Positions 8,728 through 16,500 of a stretch of DNA of 64,000 nucleotides are shown here, piece after piece. This stretch comes from a virus (Duplodnaviria; Caudoviricetes), in IMG/VR virus record IMGVR_UViG_3300012007_000015, positions 16,927-80,926 of that record. The stretch is one strand, 5' to 3'. Positions within the stretch are counted from its first letter, which is position 1; every line of letters begins with the position of its first letter. Both the position numbers and the translations under genes were made by a program. The notes under the pieces are model-generated. The model was given only the letters and a program-made list of their open reading frames with translations. It had not been told where the DNA came from and searched no databases.

Positions 8728-10245
8728 ATGATTAGACTGAAAGATATTAACTGGTATCTCAGCGAACCCACGAGGCTGTTACAGATGAAGCCGTTCGTCC
8801 GTGGTGGCAAGATGAACTCCCATGGATGGGAGATGGAACCGCTTCCGAACAACACAACGATTGAGACTGGCTTCTGCAACCTCGACCTCGTCCCAATCTC
8901 GCAGGACACCTATATCACGGAATACAAGCCGTCGCTACATACCATACTGATGAATAAGTCGATTCCGCACATCAAGGTAACAATCGACGGAATGCCGCTT
9001 AACATTGGCATGATGGACATGACGCAGACGGGCTCGTTCCAGAAGCTCATTCATAGTGCGCACGTACGTTCGCTTACATCTAACCCGCTGGAGTTCAACC
9101 TTGGAAAGACGGATGCAGACGGAGGCGGCATGAAGCCGTTCGAGTATGTCAAGGATGAGTGGAACTCGCGCAACATGGACTGGTGGCTTTCGAGGGCCAT
9201 CAACGCACAGAAGATGGTCGGTAACTGCGGTCTGCTGTTCTCATTCGACAAGGAGACAAACAAGAGCATGGTTACTTGCTTGTCGTACGAGGACGGATAC
9301 CAGATTATCCCGAACTACGACGAGTACGGCTCCGAGATTGCACGCTCTCTCGCATACCAGATTGACAACAAGATAGTCATCGATACGTATGACAACACAA
9401 AGCACTACCGCTGTATGCAGAAAGACAATGGCTGGGAGACACAGTATGAGTTACACGGATACTCAAGGTGCCCGCTGCTGCACCAGAGGGGAACCGTCGC
9501 TTGGGAGTACGCGGAGAGTTCCTGCGAGATGTGGGAGCTGATGACAAACATCAATAATATCGCACTCAAGCGTTTCGGTACGTTTGCCCTTGTATTCACA
9601 GGTGATATGGATAAGGATTCCTTCAAGAGGGATTCCAGTACGCTCATCATCAACCTTTCAAGCGACAACACCAACGGAAAGCAGAGTGCAGACGTTCTGA
9701 AGTTCCCAGAGCCAACAACAATGAACGAGTACCTAAAGACTCTGGAGGAGAAAATATCCCTGTTCTCGTCTACTTCCTTCATTACGCCGAAGGATATTAC
9801 AGCAACTAATAGCGGCGGCAACGGCATAGCCCTCGCCATGTCTAACGACTATGCCCTCGCTACGCAGTCCGCTCTTGACTGGCGTAAGTTCGTCAACGAC
9901 ATGGTGTACCTGCACCAAGAGGGCCTCGACCTTGAGACGAACGGCGCAGAAAAGTATGCACAGTTACGTGTAGGCGCAAAGATTGTTCCTTGGTCTCTTG
10001 AGACGAACAATACGAAGATTACGAACCTCGCCATGGAAGCCAAGTGGCTGTCTATGCAGACTATCATCGAGAAGTCTCCAGATGCAGCTCCCGACGAGGC
10101 AGACCGCATCATCAAGGAGCGAGGCTCACTCATTCCGCAGGGCGCAAGCGACATCGACGAAGGCACCGACAAGGCACAGCGCATCAGTATAAACCGCAAC
10201 AACACAATACGTGACAATGTTGCAAAAACAGGAGAGGAGGAGTAG
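8728..10245 (+). CDS. Portal protein (SPP1-like, 505 aa)
   Basis: Follows TerL; size and C-terminal LSMQTIIEKSP...EADRI pattern typical of portals. Confidence 0.8.
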   Translation: MIRLKDINWYLSEPTRLLQMKPFVRGGKMNSHGWEMEPLPNNTTIETGFCNLDLVPISQDTYITEYKPSLHTILMNKSIPHIKVTIDGMPLNIGMMDMTQTGSFQKLIHSAHVRSLTSNPLEFNLGKTDADGGGMKPFEYVKDEWNSRNMDWWLSRAINAQKMVGNCGLLFSFDKETNKSMVTCLSYEDGYQIIPNYDEYGSEIARSLAYQIDNKIVIDTYDNTKHYRCMQKDNGWETQYELHGYSRCPLLHQRGTVAWEYAESSCEMWELMTNINNIALKRFGTFALVFTGDMDKDSFKRDSSTLIINLSSDNTNGKQSADVLKFPEPTTMNEYLKTLEEKISLFSSTSFITPKDITATNSGGNGIALAMSNDYALATQSALDWRKFVNDMVYLHQEGLDLETNGAEKYAQLRVGAKIVPWSLETNNTKITNLAMEAKWLSMQTIIEKSPDAAPDEADRIIKERGSLIPQGASDIDEGTDKAQRISINRNNTIRDNVAKTGEEE

Positions 10246-10248
10246 ACT

Positions 10249-10626
10249 ATGGGCTGGATGGAATTTGTACTTGGCATGGCAACACTTGTACTCGGTACTG
10301 GCTGGCTGTTTACATACCACTCTCACAAGAAGAAAGAAGAGGGCGAGGCAACACAATCTGAGGCAAACGGTTGGCTCAAGCAGCAGGAGGTGTACCAACA
10401 CACCATTGAAGACCTTGAGAAAGCCTGTGACTTCATACGTAACGACCGTAACCAGCTACGTGAGGAGAACTCGCGACTTATCTCTGAGAACAACGAGCTA
10501 AGACGCACAGTGGTCGAGTTGCAAAACACTGTATTCGACCTCAAGAAAGAGGTTTCACGCCTCGGAAGACGTGTCGACGCCATGAGTGAGAAAAAGAAGA
10601 AAAACGACAAAAATACGGAAGGATAA
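10249..10626 (+). CDS. Holin-like membrane protein with C-terminal coiled coil
   Basis: One N-terminal hydrophobic helix, then a heptad coiled coil; stop overlaps the lysozyme start. Confidence 0.5.
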   Translation: MGWMEFVLGMATLVLGTGWLFTYHSHKKKEEGEATQSEANGWLKQQEVYQHTIEDLEKACDFIRNDRNQLREENSRLISENNELRRTVVELQNTVFDLKKEVSRLGRRVDAMSEKKKKNDKNTEG

Positions 10627-11105
10627 TGACGCTTATGAAGACATCCCAGAAAGGCATTGACCTTATCAAGAAGTTCGAGGGCTGCAAGTTGTACGCCTAT
10701 CGTGATTCTGTTGGCATCCCGACCGTTGGCTATGGCCACACAAGCGGCGTCAAGATGGGCATGGCTATCACGCAGGCACAGGCAGACAAGTTCCTCGCCG
10801 AAGACCTTGCTGCAGTTGAGTCCGTCCTTAACAAGATGAACATTAACTTCAAGCAGAATCAGTTCGATGCTCTGGCCGCTTGGATATTCAACCTTGGCGA
10901 GGGTAAGTTCAAGGGTTCCACGTTGTACAAGAAAATCGTTGCACGCGCCACTGACCTTGAAATCACTGACCAGATAGTCCGATGGATTAACGCTGGCGGC
11001 AAGCCGTCTCTTGGATTAAAGCGCCGCCGCGTCGCAGAGGCCAACATGTTCTTGGGACGAGACGAATATCGTATTGATGCACAAGGAAATATAAACAAGA
11101 AATAA
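10626..11105 (+). CDS. Endolysin, GH24 phage lysozyme
   Basis: Catalytic E-x8-D-x5-T pattern in FEGCKLYAYRDSVGIPTVGYGHT. Confidence 0.92.
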   Translation: MTLMKTSQKGIDLIKKFEGCKLYAYRDSVGIPTVGYGHTSGVKMGMAITQAQADKFLAEDLAAVESVLNKMNINFKQNQFDALAAWIFNLGEGKFKGSTLYKKIVARATDLEITDQIVRWINAGGKPSLGLKRRRVAEANMFLGRDEYRIDAQGNINKK

Positions 11106-11131
11106 TTTATTTACTTTAAGATTGTAAGATT

Positions 11132-11914
11132 ATGGGAAAAACTACAGTAAAACCAATCAGCCTTGGATACAGGGATGTTGGTAGTTCTGGTAACTACAGG
11201 ATGCTGATGGGTGTCCTTAAAGGCCTTACCATCGGTCAGGACGAGCCCGAGGCTACCGAGATTGAGGCCGAGTTCTATGACAGCCCCTTTGACATCTTCT
11301 ATGATGGCAACCCCGTAACCATGACGTTCGAGTTGGCCAACTACACTTTGGATGAACTGCCTGATTTGTTCGGCGGAGCGTACGAGCAGGTTGACGACGA
11401 GTACGATGGAGAGGCGAATGTCTACACTTCCGAGCACGAGTGGAAGCTTGATTTCTCACGTGGCTACGCATCTCTTGTCCTCTATCGTGGCCTTACGATA
11501 GGAACCATCAAAAAGGACGCTGACGGTGCCCTTAATTTCTCTGTGACAATTACTGCTCTTATATACGAGGACGGCGACGAGAGTCACATGTACAAGATTG
11601 TTGGTGCTCCTCTTCCTCCTCCCGAGCCAGAGATTGTCAGCGTTAACAACGTTGAGAACGGCGGCAACTCGTTCGCTGTAATATCCTCTAACTGGTATCC
11701 GATTGTCGTCAACGTTCCAGTATCCGTTGTCGGTGCGGCAAGCGTGAAGATTAACAACGTTTCCGTAGATGCCATCGGCGAGACCTCTGGTACAAGCGGA
11801 GACGTGACGGACAAGACGACGTTCTATTTCCGTCCTACGGCGTACACAACCGTCACATCAGTCAAAGTGACAACCGTTGGCGGAGACGTTCTCACGGCAA
11901 CTTTCGGAAGCTAA
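11132..11914 (+). CDS. Tail tube protein paralog (copy 2) with Pro-rich linker and ~95-aa beta-rich C-terminal extension
   Basis: N-terminal ~160 aa clearly homologous to 621-1130, followed by PLPPPEPE and an extra domain. Confidence 0.75.
   Translation: MGKTTVKPISLGYRDVGSSGNYRMLMGVLKGLTIGQDEPEATEIEAEFYDSPFDIFYDGNPVTMTFELANYTLDELPDLFGGAYEQVDDEYDGEANVYTSEHEWKLDFSRGYASLVLYRGLTIGTIKKDADGALNFSVTITALIYEDGDESHMYKIVGAPLPPPEPEIVSVNNVENGGNSFAVISSNWYPIVVNVPVSVVGAASVKINNVSVDAIGETSGTSGDVTDKTTFYFRPTAYTTVTSVKVTTVGGDVLTATFGS
11231..11332. repeat. Arm 2 of the perfect 102-bp inverted repeat (partner 933-1034)
   Basis: atcggtcaggacgag...atgacgttcgag is identical to the reverse complement of 933-1034. Confidence 0.95.
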
Positions 11915-11940
11915 ATATTCATCATTAAACACATATTATT

Positions 11941-13113
11941 ATGAAGTACGTAAAGATTTATAACGAGAAGATGCAGCTCACTGGAGTTGCCGACATCGAC
12001 AAGAACTACGACAAGACTGGCTATGTCAAGTGTTTCGACAAGGACATGAAGTTCATTGGCGTAATGGACGTCGACACCATCCCCGAGTCTGGCGATGATA
12101 TTCCCTACGTTGAGATGTTCGACGAGAACATGAACTTCGCTGGGGCTGTCACGGCAGACAATATCCGTCATTCCGATGGTTATCTTATCAAGTTGCAGAA
12201 AGACCCGTCTACTACTGGTAGTGTAAGTGGCGGCGGTCGCTTTGTCGAAGGTACGGAAGTCACCGTTGTAGCTACTCCTGATTCTGAAGGCGATTATACC
12301 GCATTCGACGGCTGGTACGAGGGCGAGAATAAAGTTTCAAGGAACGCTTCGTACACATTCACAGTAAGCGGAGCGCGTACGTTGGTTGCGAAGTTCCTTA
12401 ATCCTAATACAGTCATAACCTATACTGCCACAGAAAAGATAAGCGTAGGAAATAATTTTGGCAGTGCGCATATAACATCCCACACGTTTGAGGATGGTCT
12501 TGGTATGATAAAATTTGACAACAGTGTAACAAGCATCGGAGACAACGCGTTCAAAGGTTGCTCTGGCTTGACGAGCATTGAGATTCCGAGCGGCGTAACA
12601 AGCATCGGAAGCAACGTGTTCAACGGTTGCTCTGGCTTGGCGAGCAATGAGATTCAGGGCGGCGTAACAAGCATCGGAAGCAACGTGTTCAACGGTTGTA
12701 CTGGTCTGGCGAACATCTCTGTTGATAGCAATAACACTAAATACGACTCTCGTGATAACTGTAACGCTATCATAGAGACGAGTACAAATACATTGAAGTT
12801 CGGTTGTAAGAGTACTGTTATTCCGAGCAGCGTAACAAGCATCGGAGGCAGTGCGTTCTACGGTTGTTCTGGCTTGACGAGCATTGAGATTCCGAGCAGC
12901 GTAACAAGCATCGGAGGCAGTGCGTTCTACGGTTGTTCTGGCCTCGCAAGTGTTGTTTGTAATCCAACAACGCCTCCGACTCTTAGCTCTTCTGCGTTTA
13001 ACAACAATGCCGCTGGCAGAAAGATTTATGTACCTGCTGCAAGTGTAGACACCTACAAGGCAGCGTCTGTGTGGAGCACTTACGCAGATGACATTGAGGC
13101 AATACCGCAGTAA
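11941..13113 (+). CDS. Putative receptor-binding/adhesion protein: 3 short N-terminal repeats, InlB-B-repeat-like domain, BspA-type LRRs
   Basis: YVK.F...M.F.G repeats; GSVSGGG...FDGWY...YTFTV pattern; TSIGxxAFxGCSGLTSIEIP repeats at 69-bp period. Confidence 0.8.
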   Translation: MKYVKIYNEKMQLTGVADIDKNYDKTGYVKCFDKDMKFIGVMDVDTIPESGDDIPYVEMFDENMNFAGAVTADNIRHSDGYLIKLQKDPSTTGSVSGGGRFVEGTEVTVVATPDSEGDYTAFDGWYEGENKVSRNASYTFTVSGARTLVAKFLNPNTVITYTATEKISVGNNFGSAHITSHTFEDGLGMIKFDNSVTSIGDNAFKGCSGLTSIEIPSGVTSIGSNVFNGCSGLASNEIQGGVTSIGSNVFNGCTGLANISVDSNNTKYDSRDNCNAIIETSTNTLKFGCKSTVIPSSVTSIGGSAFYGCSGLTSIEIPSSVTSIGGSAFYGCSGLASVVCNPTTPPTLSSSAFNNNAAGRKIYVPAASVDTYKAASVWSTYADDIEAIPQ

Positions 13114-13115
13114 AG

Positions 13116-13574
13116 ATGACCAAGGAAGAGTATTTTGTAGAAGTATGGCAGAGGAGTATGCGCAACCAAGGATGCTTATCGGTGGTTGCGTGTATCCTCG
13201 TCGCCTTTATTCTGATGCTGTCTTCCTGTGCCACTAAGACAAGAATCGAGTATCGTGACCGCGTTGTAGACCACTATAATACGGTCACGGTACACGATAC
13301 CTTAAAGATACATGATAAGGACAGTGTGTATCATCTTATAAGGGTTGTAAACGATACGGTTTATGATACCAAGGTAATTGAGAAGACAAGATGGAGAGAC
13401 CACGTTATCACAAAGACAGACACCTGTTTTCGAGATAGCGTGCAGACCGAATATAAGGAAACCGTTAAAGAGGTTGTAAAATTTCCAAAGACATACTGGT
13501 ACGCAGTAGGGTTTTCGATACTTTTCTTTATCCTCGTTGCGTACAAGCTTTACGTATTTATAAAAAGATTCTAA
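13116..13574 (+). CDS. Lipoprotein with C-terminal TM helix (candidate unimolecular spanin)
   Basis: Lipobox LSSC after a hydrophobic stretch, beta-rich middle, hydrophobic C-terminus YWYAVGFSILFFILVAYKLY. Confidence 0.55.
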   Translation: MTKEEYFVEVWQRSMRNQGCLSVVACILVAFILMLSSCATKTRIEYRDRVVDHYNTVTVHDTLKIHDKDSVYHLIRVVNDTVYDTKVIEKTRWRDHVITKTDTCFRDSVQTEYKETVKEVVKFPKTYWYAVGFSILFFILVAYKLYVFIKRF

Positions 13575-16500
13575 TGAAGATTCCCTACGACATATACAAG
13601 ACGATGATTACACGGGGCCTTACGCCTGTGGAGTACATCGAGAACACTGGCAACGACGCTTATATAGATACAGGCATAAAGCCTACAGAGATTCACTCGC
13701 TGTACGTAGAGTACAAAGCCTCCGAGATTACGTACGACAGGCCGATGTATATTGCTGGTGCCCTGCGAACAGTTAGTGCCGACACGTTCGCCATAGTGTT
13801 CAAGGATGCAAGACATGAGGACTCGTACGCAAGATTCGGAAGCGAGTCGTACGAGTATGCCGAGTGCGACACAAACAAGCATTCTGTCATGCTTGACGAC
13901 ACGAAGCTGTACTATGACGGAGAGCTTGTCAATACATTCTCTGGTCAGAAGGGTACGTGCAGGTACAACATCTTCCTGTTCCACGTAAACTACTATGGCT
14001 CGGCGCTTAGTGACAGATGTCTTGTCGGTAGGATTTACAGAGCGAGACTTTGCGATAATGCAGGGAACTCTGTAAAGGACTACTATCCATGTATAAACGC
14101 GAGCGGAGATGTTGGTATGTTCGATGCTGTCAGCAAGGCTTTTGTAGGTTCTGCAAACAGCGATACGTTTACCGCTGGTAATGTCGTAAGGGATGTATAC
14201 GACGAGCTTCCGATTATCGCAAACGGCTCTTCGTTCCACAACCTCGCGCTGAGAAAGTATACCGTTGACTCGGTTGTTATGTCTCTCGGCGACAAGATTA
14301 CTGGCGATATTGTTTGGAAGGACACTTCTCTCGTATTCTCCATGCAGGAGTATGTCGTCTATGCAGGAACGAAATACGTTCTTGTGAATCCGCCTACGGT
14401 TGTCCGTGAGGGAATGGTAGCCGACAATAGCGAACTAAAGGGTGCTGCAAAGTATTCCTTAACGTTCTATCATCCGATGTACATGCTCGGTAATTTCCCG
14501 TTTACGGATATTGCTGTTACTGATGACGAGCAGAAATACCTGTCAGAGAGTAAGACCTTCTCGTGGATAGGCACACTGTTTGACTTCATCGCAAAGCTAA
14601 ACGCCAACCTGCAGGGTACGGAATGGGTCGTAAGGGCCAACATTCCTCATTATGAGCAGGATGGCGAGACTGTGACCTCTCAGTGGCAAAAAGCATCCAC
14701 GACAAGTGAAGTCATGTCGTTCGACAAGAACTACATCAGCGAGGCCCTAAAGAAAGCCTACGACGAATGGGAGATTCCGTTTACCATAACCGACGCAACG
14801 AATATCGCAGGCAAGAAGTATGTCATCGAGTTCGGCCTTCCGTCGCAGGAGATATACGGAGATGATGGTGTAACACCATACGTATTCCGATTCGGGCAGG
14901 GCGTGGGATTGAAGAACAACTCCAAGACCCCTCGAAACAACAAAATAATTACCCGTATTGTGGGTTGTGGCGCAGAGCGCAACGTGCCATACGGCTATCC
15001 GCAGATTCCTTGGTATGGAGACCAGACATGGAACTACACGATAAACAACGCCAGCGGTATGCAGCCGATAACGGTAGGCGGCGTGACGATACAGGCGATG
15101 TCCTATCCCATCTACGACGGTGTTGTAGGCGGTCAGCCAACCAAGCTTATAAAGCATCCGTTTACACGCAAGACCCTTATGCCGTCCATATACGGACAGA
15201 CCTTGTTCAACAAGGTAAGCCCATATCTTTCCGATGGTACGGCAAACCCAAACTACAATCCGAATACTACACTCGTTGACTACTACGACGCCATTGACGA
15301 GCTTGGCGGTATCCAGTATCCTAACAACATCAATCCTTTGGCACCTTCTGTAGAGCACCATCAGTTCGAGAAGGTATACCCGAAGCTTGGTGACAAGACG
15401 TTGGTAAACGTGCTTCCGTATGACGATAAGACGTATATCAGCTGGAATACCTTTTACTCAGAGATAAATTCGTATATCGCAAACTCAAACAACGACAACG
15501 AAAAATCGTTTCTTAACAGCTGCAGAGAGGCTGTGTATCACTGCGACTATGGGCTGAGTTTCGACATCGAAAGTCGAGGAGGAAGCTATACTGGCAAATC
15601 TGTAGGACAGTCATACAAATATGGTGGCGGCTGGTGGGTTGATGTCTCATACACGTCTGACAACGTAAACTTCAAGAGGAATGTTTATCTCGGCTCATAT
15701 AATCCTTCTAAAGTCGTTGAATGGGACGACACCTATGACTCCGAGAAAGACGAGTACAAGCAGTCTTATTTCAAGATGCGGCTTCCGTTGCTCGACTTCG
15801 ACCTCTATGCGTGTGCTATCTACAACGAGGAGATGAAGATAAACATGCGTAGTGGTGCTTGTATCGGCTGCTCGTTCCCCATACAGATAGACTGGGACGA
15901 TTACAAGGCCAACTTCTACACTCCAGACGGAACATTCGCTCCAGACGGAGAGCAGAGAAACACTATAAAGTATCCGAAGTCGAATGTGTCTCAAATCGCG
16001 GTTGTTTGCAAGAAAGAGGTTGAAACGTTCGGAACCCTTATGCCGAACATATACCAGCAGCCTGCTACGGGAGACCTGTTTACAATACTCGGTATAAACC
16101 TACCTAATTCCTATATCAGCTCCGCACAGACAGAGCTGGACGGCGACATGAAGGAGTACATGCTGGAGAACAACGTACACTACTTCGACTATCCTTTGAA
16201 GTTTGACGAACTCTTCCTCAAGAAAAGGCAGGCCATACTCGACCAAATCAAGAATAACTGCATCGTTCGGTTCGAGTCTGACAGCACGGAGATTGCCTTG
16301 TATATAAAGCAGATTACAAAGAAATACGGCGAAAGCCCGCTGCCGAAGTACGACATCACCCTCGCAGACGACATTGAGATTGTACTCAACTCTATAGGAC
16401 AGGTCACTGACGATGTTAGCAGGATGCGTGTACAGATGTCTGACATCCAGAAGTACTATTCCGAGTCTATTATACGCGAGATAAAGAACAAACTGAGCCG

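Noticed and set aside
12520-12945. CRISPR array
   Set aside because: The 69-bp periodic repeats are in-frame LRR coding units, not repeat-spacer arrays; no cas genes.
11941-13113. Complete diversity-generating retroelement
   Set aside because: No reverse transcriptase motif (YxDD) or separate template repeat was found in this window; kept only as a weak hypothesis.
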